64,000 nucleotides of DNA. Origin: Nitrospirota bacterium. Its GTDB lineage: Bacteria; Nitrospinota; Nitrospinia; Nitrospinales; VA-1. The DNA lies in contig QJZQ01000173.1 in assembly GCA_003246675.1 (NCBI GenBank), forward strand, positions 5,694 through 69,693, read 5' to 3'. A program made the position numbers and the translations under genes. This document shows, one piece after another, positions 17,303 to 26,962 of the stretch (position 1 is its first letter; every line of letters begins with the position of its first letter). The notes beneath the pieces are model-generated. The model saw nothing but the letters and a program-made list of their open reading frames with translations, was not told the origin of the DNA and made no database searches.

Positions 17303-17766
17303 TTGAACCCGTTGTCGCGCACGTGGGTGTAGGGCTCGCCGCCGGCGAGCATCTTTCCTCCGACAACTTCCCCGACATAGACCACATGGTCGCCCCCGAC
17401 CACCGAGCCCTTCAGCTCGCACTCCAGGCACGAAATAGCGTCATTTAATACCGGGATGTCGTGAAAGCCCCGGCCCACGTTCAGCCCCTCGAAAACCGAA
17501 TCGCTCGGAGGCCTGAAAAAATGTTTGAGAAGAGCCTTCGATTCCTTGCCCAGCACATGCACGATGAACCGGTCGGACGCTTCGATGAGGAGACGAAGGG
17601 GCCTTGTTTTCGCTATCGCCAGCGACACCGCCGGCGGCTCGAAAGAGCACTGGTTGACCCAGCTTGCGAGCAGAGCGTCTTCGTTGTCCTCGAACTTGGC
17701 GGTGACGACGAAAAGACCGCTTGCCACACGGCCCAGGGCCTTGCCAACTTCCTTTTTATTTTTCAA
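17296..17766 (-). CDS. flavin reductase-like (FMN-binding split-barrel) domain protein
   Basis: 156-aa ORF. LGRVASGLFVVTAKFEDNEDALLASWVNQCSFEPPAVSLAI is typical of the flavin reductase-like domain. Confidence 0.8.
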   Translation of the reverse strand: MKNKKEVGKALGRVASGLFVVTAKFEDNEDALLASWVNQCSFEPPAVSLAIAKTRPLRLLIEASDRFIVHVLGKESKALLKHFFRPPSDSVFEGLNVGRGFHDIPVLNDAISCLECELKGSVVGGDHVVYVGEVVGGKMLAGGEPYTHVRDNGFNY

Positions 17767-17843
17767 TGTATGTCTCCTTTATGATGAAAAGATTTTAAGG
17801 CGGGAGGGTCCGCTTCACCCGCACCGAAACGCATGAAAAACCT

Positions 17844-18911
17844 TTAATTCAGGCCGGGGACAAGAAACCGTCCGGGAATCGCCTCGCCGCACTCCGGGCA
17901 GCCGCCGCCCTCGAGCCGGTTGCAAAGAACGCGAAAACCGCTGCGTTCTATCAACGTTTTCCCGCATTTGGGACAACACGTGTCCTCGGCCCCCGGCATC
18001 TGCCCCGGCCGGTTTCCGGAATAAACGAAATGGAGCCCCGCCCTCTTCCCCGCCTCGCGGGCCTTGAGCAGAGTTTCGACCGGGGTGGCGGCGCGGTCGC
18101 TCATCTTGTAGCTGGGATAAAAACCGGTGACGTGCCAGGGAATGTCCCGCGACACCGAGGCGATGAAGTGGGCCATGTCGTCGATCTCCTGATCCGAGTC
18201 GTTGAACCCCGGCACCACCAGCGTCACCACTTCCAGCCACAACCCCAACGCGTGCACACGGCGAATGGTGTCGAGCACCGCATCGAGCTGCCCCCCCAGG
18301 CGTTGATAGTTTTTGGCCTGGAAACTCTTGAGGTCGATGTTGATCATGTCCAGCCAGGGGCGGAGGTAGGCGATCACCTGTTCCGTCGCATGGCCGTTGG
18401 AGACATAAGCGGTCAACAGGCCATGCCGCTTCGCTTCCCTGAAAACCGCCACCGCCCACTCGCTGGTGATGAGCGGCTCGTTATACGTAGACACCACCGT
18501 GCGGGAGCCCGCACGAAGGGCCCGCCGGCAGATCTCCTCGGGCGTGGCGGGCATCGTCTGAACGGTCGAGGCCTTATCCCTCAGGGTCTGCGAGGTGAAC
18601 CAGTTCTGGCAGTAGCCGCAGCGAAAATCGCAGCCAAGCATGCCGAAGCTCATGGCCGCACTGCCGGGCAGCACATGGAAAAACGGTTTTTTCTCGATGG
18701 GGTCGTCGTGAACGCCGGCGGTGTAATTGAAGGGAACCCGGAGGGTTCCGCCTTCGTTGAAGCGCACCTTGCAAACGCCGCGCTGCCCGGGGCTGAGCCG
18801 GCAAAGGTGGGCGCAGGCGGTGCACTGAAGCTCGCCGCCGGGGAGCCTTTCCACCAGCGCCCCCTCGCGGGTGGCCTGGTCCAATGCCTGTTCCAGTGTT
18901 TCAGAGTTCAT
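17844..18911 (-). CDS. AmmeMemoRadiSam-system-type radical SAM enzyme (AmrS-like)
   Basis: N-terminal Cys cluster LQCTACAHLCRLSPGQRGVCKVR. DPIEKKPFFHVLPGS. Radical SAM CDFRCGYCQNW (CxxxCxxC). C-terminal zinc-ribbon-like CCPKCG...CPECG. Confidence 0.8.
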   Translation of the reverse strand: MNSETLEQALDQATREGALVERLPGGELQCTACAHLCRLSPGQRGVCKVRFNEGGTLRVPFNYTAGVHDDPIEKKPFFHVLPGSAAMSFGMLGCDFRCGYCQNWFTSQTLRDKASTVQTMPATPEEICRRALRAGSRTVVSTYNEPLITSEWAVAVFREAKRHGLLTAYVSNGHATEQVIAYLRPWLDMINIDLKSFQAKNYQRLGGQLDAVLDTIRRVHALGLWLEVVTLVVPGFNDSDQEIDDMAHFIASVSRDIPWHVTGFYPSYKMSDRAATPVETLLKAREAGKRAGLHFVYSGNRPGQMPGAEDTCCPKCGKTLIERSGFRVLCNRLEGGGCPECGEAIPGRFLVPGLN

Positions 18912-18964
18912 GGTTCGCCGTCTGTTTTACGCCCCCGGCTTCAGGGCGGTCGGGTCGCCCCGGT

Positions 18965-19423
18965 TCACTCGGTGCTGACACCCTCGGTTTTTTTATCGAG
19001 AGCGCCGATAAGGGTATGCCAGGCCAGGCTCGCGCATTTGGTGCGGGAAGGGTATTCGCGAATGCCGACAAAAAGCTTCAGCTTGCCCAGGTGGTTGGTC
19101 TCCTTTGCGGGGTCGAACTCGCCCAGAATCATGCGATGAAACTCGCTGAAAACCACGCGCGCCTCCTCAAGCGTTTTGCCCTTGAGAAAATCGGTCATGA
19201 GCGAAGTGCTGGCCTTGGAAATGGCGCAGCCCGAGCCGGTGAAGCTCACGCCCCGGATGGTCTGGCTGGCCCCGTCCACATCCACGTAAACCGTGATGTC
19301 GTCGCCGCAGAGCGGGTTGACCCCGTGGCACTGGTGCGTGGCGTGATCCATCTCGTGAAAGTTGCGCGGCTTGCGATTGTGATCGAGGATCACCTGCTGG
19401 TAGAGTTCGTTATCGTAGGACAT
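18965..19423 (-). CDS. sufU: SufU-type Fe-S cluster assembly sulfur-transfer protein
   Basis: 152-aa ORF with ILDHNRKPRN, NPLCGDDITVYV and FTGSGCAISKASTSLM motifs. Confidence 0.85.
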   Translation of the reverse strand: MSYDNELYQQVILDHNRKPRNFHEMDHATHQCHGVNPLCGDDITVYVDVDGASQTIRGVSFTGSGCAISKASTSLMTDFLKGKTLEEARVVFSEFHRMILGEFDPAKETNHLGKLKLFVGIREYPSRTKCASLAWHTLIGALDKKTEGVSTE

Positions 19424-19428
19424 GGGCT

Positions 19429-20676
19429 TCAGGAAAAGAGTTTGATCACTTTGCGGATGCTCTCGGCGAGGGCGTCCAGCTCTTCGGGTTTATTGTAAAA
19501 GGCCATCGAGGCGCGGCTGGTTGCGGGCACGCCGAAACGGGCCATCGTCGGCTGGGCGCAGTGGTGGCCGCCGCGCACCGCGATGCCATCCTGATCGAGC
19601 AGCGTGACCACATCATGCGGGTGCGCCGCATCCAACGCAAAGGAGATGAGCGCCGCCTTGTCGTGCGCCGTGCCGATGATGCGCAATCCGTCGATCTCGC
19701 TGAGCAGGCGCGTGCCGTAGTCCAGCAGGCTTTTCTCGTAACGGGCGATATTATCCATGCCAATATCGTTCAGGTAATCGATGGCCTCGCCAAGCCCGAT
19801 CACCTGCGTGATGGCGGGGGTGCCCGCCTCGAACCGGGCCGGAGGCGGGGCGTAGGTGGTTTTTTCCAGCGTCACCGTCATGATCATGTCGCCGCCGGTC
19901 ACATAGGGGGGCATTTCCTGCCACAGTTCCATCTTCCCGAACACGCCGCCGATGCCGCTCGGCGCGTACATCTTGTGGCCGGAGAAGGTATAAAAATCGC
20001 AGCCGATCTCCCTCACGTCGATTTTCATGTGCGGCGTGCTTTGCGCGCCATCGATGAGCACCCGGGCGCCCGCGGCGTGGGCCTTTTCGGTGATCTCACG
20101 GATGGGGTTGACGGTGCCGAGGGCGTTGGAAACATGGTTGACCGCCACCAGCCGGGTTTTATCGGACAAAAGTTTTTCGTATTCCTCGAGGATCAGTTCG
20201 CCCGCGTCGTTGACGGGGATGACCTTGAGACGCGCGCCGCGCTCCTCGCATAAGACCTGCCAGGGAACGGTGTTGGCGTGATGCTCGATATTGGAGATGA
20301 TGATCTCGTCGCCGGCGTTCACGAACCGGCGCCCGAAACTGTAGGCGACGAGGTTGATGGCCTGCGTCGTCCCGCTGGTGAAGACGATCTCCTTCTTGTC
20401 GCCCGCGCCCAGCAAATCGGCGACTTTCTGCCGCGCCTCTTCGAACAGTTGGGTCGCATGCTCGCACAGGCGGTATGCGCCGCGCCGCACGGTGCCGTAT
20501 TCCTCCGCGTCGAAACGCCGCACACGCTCGATAACGCGATGGGGCTTCTGCGTGGTGGCGGCGTTATCGAGGTACACCAGGGGTTTGCCGCGCACGGTTT
20601 GCGAAAGGATGGGGAAATCCTGCCGGATCTTATCCACGTCGAACGCGGCTTTATCTGCCATCAGGGTCTCTGGCAT
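19429..20676 (-). CDS. sufS: cysteine desulfurase SufS (class V aminotransferase)
   Basis: 415-aa ORF with YLDNAATTQKP, FSGHKMYAPSGIGGVFG (PLP lysine) and RGGHHCAQP active-site Cys loop. Sits in suf operon context. Confidence 0.9.
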   Translation of the reverse strand: MPETLMADKAAFDVDKIRQDFPILSQTVRGKPLVYLDNAATTQKPHRVIERVRRFDAEEYGTVRRGAYRLCEHATQLFEEARQKVADLLGAGDKKEIVFTSGTTQAINLVAYSFGRRFVNAGDEIIISNIEHHANTVPWQVLCEERGARLKVIPVNDAGELILEEYEKLLSDKTRLVAVNHVSNALGTVNPIREITEKAHAAGARVLIDGAQSTPHMKIDVREIGCDFYTFSGHKMYAPSGIGGVFGKMELWQEMPPYVTGGDMIMTVTLEKTTYAPPPARFEAGTPAITQVIGLGEAIDYLNDIGMDNIARYEKSLLDYGTRLLSEIDGLRIIGTAHDKAALISFALDAAHPHDVVTLLDQDGIAVRGGHHCAQPTMARFGVPATSRASMAFYNKPEELDALAESIRKVIKLFS

Positions 20677-20677
20677 G

Positions 20678-21997
20678 TCAAGCCTCCAGTTTTTTGAGTA
20701 GGGATTTTTTGAGCTCGGCCGCCACCGCGGGAAACCGGACGGTGTCGATCACGCTTGCAGCGAAACTCTTGGTGAGGAGTTCCTTGGCGGTTTTTTCACT
20801 GAGCCCGCGGGTCTTGAGATAAAACATCTGATCGGGGCTGACCTGGCCGACGGTGGCGCCGTGGGTGCACTTGACGTCATCGGCGAAAATCATCAGGTTG
20901 GGCTTGTTGTCGGCGTGCGCGTCGTCGGAAAGCATCAGGTTGTTGATGAGCTGGTCCGAGTAGGTGAGCTGGGCGCCGGTGCACACGATGACGGTGCCGT
21001 CGACGCTGACGCGGCTCTTTCCATCGACGATATTCTTGAAAAGCTGATGGCTGGTGCAGTGCGGCGCCTCGTGGTGAATGCGCACGAACTGGTGCACCTG
21101 TTCCTGGCCGCCCAGAACGCTCACCGCGTTCAGCGAAAGCTCGGCGCCGGGGGCCTTGAGCCGCGCGTCGTAATGATGGCGCACCAGCCGGCTGCCGTAG
21201 GACGCGCCGACGGTGAAGAAGCGGCTGTCGCCTGCGAGGGTGACCCGCGTTTTGCAAAAATGCCAGGCCTCGAAGGGGTCGCGCTGAACCTGCGCGGCGC
21301 TGACCTGCCCGCCCTCTTGCACGAGAATGTCCATGACGGCGTTGACGAAATAGTTCGGCCGCTCGCCGCAAAAACTGGTGATCAGTTTGAGTTCGGCCAG
21401 GGGCTGGACCTGGATGAGGACCCGCGGCTGGTTGAGCACCGGCCCGCCGGTGGAACCGGTGGACACGCACAGAACCTGCAGGGGCGCTTCGGGCGCGGCC
21501 TTTTCCTTGAGCGTGATGGCGACGCCATCGGCCATGAACGCGGCGTTCAGCGCGGCGAACACATCGTTTTCTTCGTCGATGGCGTCCTTGAAATAGTTTT
21601 GCAGGCCGGAGTCCGAAAGGGCCTCGGCAAAAGGAACAACGCCGATAGAACCGGCCAGCGCCGAGGTGTCGGACAAGTCGGCCCGGTAATGGCCATCGAC
21701 CAGCACCAGAACGCTGTTCTCGCAGCCGGGAACCACCTGCGCGCGCAAAAACTCCTGCTCTGGGGTGGCGCCCTCGCCGCTCAGCTCGAAGGCCTGGCCG
21801 ACGAGGTCCTGCGTGCCGACGAAGGTGTACATCTCGTGCTTGCGATGCGGAAAACCAAGCACGGAAAAACGCTCAAGCGCCGCCTCGGCAAGCCCGCGCA
21901 CCGCGCCAGGCGGCGGGGTGTCCTGCAAAAATTTCTTATGGAGTTCGAGGAATGGCGTCTCCGCCTGCCCGGGGGCTTCCTTGACAGTACCAGACAT
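20678..21997 (-). CDS. sufD: Fe-S cluster assembly protein SufD
   Basis: 439-aa ORF between sufC and sufS. The C-terminal beta-helix region (NLMLSDDAHADNKPNLMIFADDVKCTHGATVGQV) is typical of SufB/SufD. Confidence 0.85.
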   Translation of the reverse strand: MSGTVKEAPGQAETPFLELHKKFLQDTPPPGAVRGLAEAALERFSVLGFPHRKHEMYTFVGTQDLVGQAFELSGEGATPEQEFLRAQVVPGCENSVLVLVDGHYRADLSDTSALAGSIGVVPFAEALSDSGLQNYFKDAIDEENDVFAALNAAFMADGVAITLKEKAAPEAPLQVLCVSTGSTGGPVLNQPRVLIQVQPLAELKLITSFCGERPNYFVNAVMDILVQEGGQVSAAQVQRDPFEAWHFCKTRVTLAGDSRFFTVGASYGSRLVRHHYDARLKAPGAELSLNAVSVLGGQEQVHQFVRIHHEAPHCTSHQLFKNIVDGKSRVSVDGTVIVCTGAQLTYSDQLINNLMLSDDAHADNKPNLMIFADDVKCTHGATVGQVSPDQMFYLKTRGLSEKTAKELLTKSFAASVIDTVRFPAVAAELKKSLLKKLEA

Positions 21998-22007
21998 GAA
22001 GCCCTCC

Positions 22008-22757
22008 TCAAGCGTTGGTGGTGGTGAGCCAGTCGTACCCCATGGCTTCGAGTTCGAGCGCCAGGCCTTTTTCGCCCGACTTGATTATTTTCCCCCGGCT
22101 GAGCACGTGGACGAAATCCGGCTGAATGTACTCCAGCAGCCTCTGGTAATGGGTGATGAGGATCAGGGCATTGCCCGGACCGCGCAATTTGTTGACGCCG
22201 CCCGCCACAATCCGCAGAGCGTCGATATCGAGGCCCGAATCGGTTTCGTCGAGCACCGCGATTTTCGGTTCGAGGATCGCCATCTGCAGAATTTCGTTTT
22301 TCTTTTTCTCGCCGCCGGAGAAACCGTCGTTCAGGCTGCGGTTCTTGTATTTTGCTTCCATGCCAAGCCCGGCCATTTTTTCATCGAGGATCTCGTCGAA
22401 GTCCAGCGGGTCCAGCTCCTCCTCGCCCGCGTGCACTCGGCGGGCGTTGTAGGCCATGCGCAGAAACTCCGCGTTGTTGACGCCGGGAATTTCGACGGGG
22501 TATTGAAAGCCGAGAAACACACCCTCCAGCGCCCGCTTTTCGGTGTCCATCTCCAGCAGGTTGCGGCCCTGGTAGAGCACCTCGCCGGCGGTGGCCTGGT
22601 AAGACGGGTGACCCGCCAGCACTTTCGCCAGCGTGCTTTTTCCCGAACCGTTGGGCCCCATGATGGCGTGCACCTCGCCCGCGTTCACCGAAAGCGAGAT
22701 GCCCTTCAATATTTCCGCGCCGTCAAAACCGGCATGCAAATCTTTTATTTCAAGCAT
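22008..22757 (-). CDS. sufC: Fe-S cluster assembly ATPase SufC
   Basis: 249-aa ORF with Walker A GPNGSGKST, ABC signature FSGGEKKK and Walker B AVLDETDSGLD. Confidence 0.95.
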   Translation of the reverse strand: MLEIKDLHAGFDGAEILKGISLSVNAGEVHAIMGPNGSGKSTLAKVLAGHPSYQATAGEVLYQGRNLLEMDTEKRALEGVFLGFQYPVEIPGVNNAEFLRMAYNARRVHAGEEELDPLDFDEILDEKMAGLGMEAKYKNRSLNDGFSGGEKKKNEILQMAILEPKIAVLDETDSGLDIDALRIVAGGVNKLRGPGNALILITHYQRLLEYIQPDFVHVLSRGKIIKSGEKGLALELEAMGYDWLTTTNA

Positions 22758-22816
22758 AGAGTGTTCAACCTCAAACTTTATCAGGGTTAGGGCAGGCCTG
22801 CGCCCGCCAGGGTTCT

Positions 22817-24268
<1,452 letters not shown>

Positions 24269-24296
24269 TGGGGTTGCTCCGTTAAAAATGATCCCC

Positions 24297-25046
24297 TCAC
24301 ATATTGGGAACCACAATGAGTTCATTGTAGACGTTCTTGCGCAACGCCCGCTCGATGAACGACAACGTCCCGCCCACCGAGGAGCCGCAACTGCCGCACG
24401 CACCCTGGTACTGGATCAGGACCCGCTCGCCGTCGGTGACACTGAGGACCTTCACGTTACCGCCGTCGGCCATCAGCGCCGGCCGCACCTGCTCGTCGAG
24501 GACGATGTCGAGCAGCACGATCTGGTCGTCCTCCGACAAACTGAGCCAGGCCTGCTCGGTGATGGAAAGCTCGCTATCGTCCCGCTCTTCGGCCGGGGCC
24601 GTTTTTTCGATGGAAGCCGCCGCCAGAGCCACCGCCTTGGCCTCCGGGTAACCCTCCCGCATCAATTGGAGCAGCTCGGGCACCGCGTCGAAGGCGGGGC
24701 GCTTTTCCTCGGGGACGGCGGTTTCGTCGGCGGAATCCCTCAGTTCCCGCTCCACATCTTCACCGAGGAGCGAGCAGGCCTCCTCCACCGTCAGGCCCTT
24801 GACCATGGCGGACAGGGTCTGGCCGATGGCCACAGAAACCTTGCCCCCGTAGGCAAAGAACTTGGCATGGGTGACCCGGTCCTCGCCGGGGTCGACCAGC
24901 CAGAACAGCTTGGTGTCCTTATATTTTGCCTCCACCAGAACCCGCGACCTCTCCACCGCGTCGTCCTGGTAATAGGCGCCCCGGTGGGTGGGTTTGGCGT
25001 TGGCCTCGTCAAATTTATGGGAATACTTTTCTTCCACGGCAGACAT
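24297..25046 (-). CDS. NifU-family protein: cysteine-less IscU-like N-domain fused to an Nfu (CxxC) C-domain
   Basis: The start is set at ATG 25046 ([12 protein letters not shown]) with a GGAG 6-7 nt upstream. The C-terminus [37 protein letters not shown] is the Nfu/NifU C-terminal domain. The N-domain aligns by eye to IscU but lacks the scaffold cysteines. Confidence 0.75.
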   Translation of the reverse strand: MSAVEEKYSHKFDEANAKPTHRGAYYQDDAVERSRVLVEAKYKDTKLFWLVDPGEDRVTHAKFFAYGGKVSVAIGQTLSAMVKGLTVEEACSLLGEDVERELRDSADETAVPEEKRPAFDAVPELLQLMREGYPEAKAVALAAASIEKTAPAEERDDSELSITEQAWLSLSEDDQIVLLDIVLDEQVRPALMADGGNVKVLSVTDGERVLIQYQGACGSCGSSVGGTLSFIERALRKNVYNELIVVPNM

Positions 25047-25134
25047 GCCAGACTCCGTTCCCTGAAACAATCAATAATCCGGCAACAACCCGGCCGATCC
25101 AGGAAGTGATGGATAAGTTAATTAGTTGCAGACG

Positions 25135-25163
25135 ATTATATTGAATGAGTCGATTGAACTCAA
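25135..25163 (-). promoter_or_regulatory. sigma70-type promoter for the nifU-like/suf operon
   Basis: The minus strand reads TTGAGT-N17-TATAAT (-35 at 25158-25163, -10 at 25135-25140), about 90 nt upstream of ATG 25046. Confidence 0.6.
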
Positions 25164-25430
25164 TAAGGGATTAGATGCTTCGACCCGCCTAAGGTTCTTT
25201 AAAATAAGCAGCTAACTGCTCTTCCCGGGCCCAGGCCCGGGAAAAACCGCGTCACCCGCTTCCCCGCAAACCGGCCAGAAACACGAAGCCTGTTGTTTTG
25301 AAAGGGCTTATAACGATAATCGCGGGGTCCGGCCGGGCGCATACCGGTGAACCTGATGACTAGGCAGGGAGATCGGGATCGCTGACGGCTCACTCTAAAC
25401 TATTCATGTGCACAATCCAACCCAAAAGGC

Positions 25431-25436
25431 TATAAT
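25431..25436 (+). promoter_or_regulatory. candidate -10 hexamer (TATAAT) for moaA
   Basis: Perfect TATAAT 109 nt upstream of the moaA ATG. There is no convincing -35 (GTGCAC/TGTGCA at the expected spacing). Confidence 0.4.
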
Positions 25437-25544
25437 CGGGGCACACGTAAGGAGGCGCTCCCGGCAGGCCGGTTGTTCTGCCCACCCGGAGCTCTTGCCA
25501 ACCGTTCCTGGCGGTGTTTGCCGGGGACCTTGAGGGATGAACTC

Positions 25545-26558
25545 ATGGACACCGAACCCCAGAACCAGGGTCCCACGCTGGTGGACGGGATGGGCCGCAC
25601 CATCGTCAACCTGCGCATTTCCGTCACCGACCGGTGCAACTTCCGCTGCACTTATTGCATGCCCGCGGACAACGTCGAATTCATGGACCGGGTCAACTTG
25701 CTGTCGTTCGAGGAAGTCACCCGTATCGCCACCATCGCCTCGAAAATGGGCATCAACCGCCTGCGGCTGACAGGAGGCGAACCGCTCATGCGCAAGGACC
25801 TGCCGGTGCTGGTGAACATGCTGTCGAACATCGACGGCATCGACGACGTCGCCATGACCACCAACGCCTTTTTCCTCAAGGAGAGTGCGAGTGCGCTTAA
25901 GGACGCGGGCCTGAAAAGGCTGAACGTGAGCCTCGACGCGCTGGACCCGGAAAAATTCCGCGACGTCAACCGCCGGGACTGCCTGGACCAGGTGCTCGCC
26001 GGCCTTGCGGAAGCCTCCCGCGTGGGGTTCAAGTCGATCAAGATCAACGCCGTGGCGATGCGCAACTTCTCCGAAACCGAGATCATGTCGCTCATCGAAA
26101 TGGGGCGCTCCGACGGCTTCGAGATCCGCTTCATCGAGTTCATGCCTCTGGATTCCGACCGCATCTGGGAGCGCGACAAGGTGCTCTTCGGCCACGAAAT
26201 CGTCGACCTCATTCGCGGGAAATACGAGCTGGTTCCCATCGACAATTCGCTCGACATCGGCCCCGCCAGCGAATACCGTTTCGCCGACGGCAAGGGGAAG
26301 ATCGGCATCATCACGGCGGTCAGCAACCCGTTCTGCGACCATTGCAACCGCATCCGCATGACCGCCGACGGCAAGCTGCGCACCTGCCTGTTCTCCACCC
26401 ACGAAACCAACCTGAAGGATATACTGCGGTCGGGAGGCAGCGACGAGGACATTACCCTCGCCATTCGCGAAGCGGTGCGGATCAAGGAACCCGGCCATAA
26501 AATCAACCTCGACGATTTCGAGCGCCCGGTGCGCGCCATGCACGCCATCGGCGGCTGA
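25545..26558 (+). CDS. moaA: GTP 3',8-cyclase MoaA (molybdenum cofactor biosynthesis, radical SAM)
   Basis: The start is set at ATG 25545 (MDTEPQNQ). LRISVTDRCNFRCTYCMP carries the CxxxCxxC motif. The C-terminal second cluster is NPFCDHCNRIRMTADGKLRTCLF. Terminal GG. Confidence 0.95.
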   Translation: MDTEPQNQGPTLVDGMGRTIVNLRISVTDRCNFRCTYCMPADNVEFMDRVNLLSFEEVTRIATIASKMGINRLRLTGGEPLMRKDLPVLVNMLSNIDGIDDVAMTTNAFFLKESASALKDAGLKRLNVSLDALDPEKFRDVNRRDCLDQVLAGLAEASRVGFKSIKINAVAMRNFSETEIMSLIEMGRSDGFEIRFIEFMPLDSDRIWERDKVLFGHEIVDLIRGKYELVPIDNSLDIGPASEYRFADGKGKIGIITAVSNPFCDHCNRIRMTADGKLRTCLFSTHETNLKDILRSGGSDEDITLAIREAVRIKEPGHKINLDDFERPVRAMHAIGG

Positions 26559-26865
26559 GGCGCCCGTTGCCCCCGCCACGGCAACAAATCCTACCTTGAG
26601 TTGCTATAAAAAGTGCAACTATTGATGCAGAGAGCTTGCCCGGCGCATCCCGAAAAAATCGAGATAACCGTTTATTTATAAGCAAGTTAGGCACCCCGCA
26701 ACGGCAGCCGTCGAATTAAATTCCGCACTCAGCCGACGCAAGCCGACAAAATCAACCGGCGGCAGCGAAAAAAAAATCCTCCGGGGCTCATTTGTACTCT
26801 TAACCAGCAAGTGAGTGGCCAGGCATTTTTATTCAGGCTGCCCATCCATGATCTTCCTCCTCGTT

Positions 26866-26902
26866 ATCCGGGAACAGCTTCGGCTGTTCCCGGATTTTTT
26901 TT
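26866..26902 (+). terminator. strong rho-independent terminator with no annotated gene immediately upstream
   Basis: ATCCGGGAACAGC-TTCG-GCTGTTCCCGGAT: a 13-bp perfect stem with a UUCG loop, followed by T8. It lies ~310 nt after the moaA stop and ~60 nt before the next ATG (26963). Confidence 0.75.
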
Positions 26903-26962
26903 CCCGAACCCGTATTTATGTTAACCTAGGCTGAACTTTTTGCCCGGCTCGGCGGCGGACCC

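Noticed and set aside
25135-25175. AT-rich GATTAT/ATTGAA/GATTGA hexamers and a TGAGT...ACTCA inverted repeat overlapping the suf promoter, reminiscent of a Fur/IscR-type operator.
   Set aside because: The match to the Fur 19-mer or to the IscR type-1/2 sites is too weak to call by eye. It is mentioned only as a place to look if regulator motifs for this lineage become available.
25353-25359. CUGAUGA, the hammerhead ribozyme core heptamer, in the suf/moaA spacer.
   Set aside because: No downstream GAAA core element and no three-helix junction can be drawn around it. A single heptamer match is expected by chance.
26829-26862. Minus-strand mini-ORF ATGGATGGGCAGCCTGAATAA (MDGQPE*) preceded by an ideal GAGGAGG-N6 Shine-Dalgarno sequence.
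   Set aside because: At only six codons with nothing downstream on that strand but the antisense of moaA, it is not callable as a gene. The CCTCC tract is more economically explained as part of the plus-strand terminator-proximal element. It is kept as an alternative reading in the corresponding finding.
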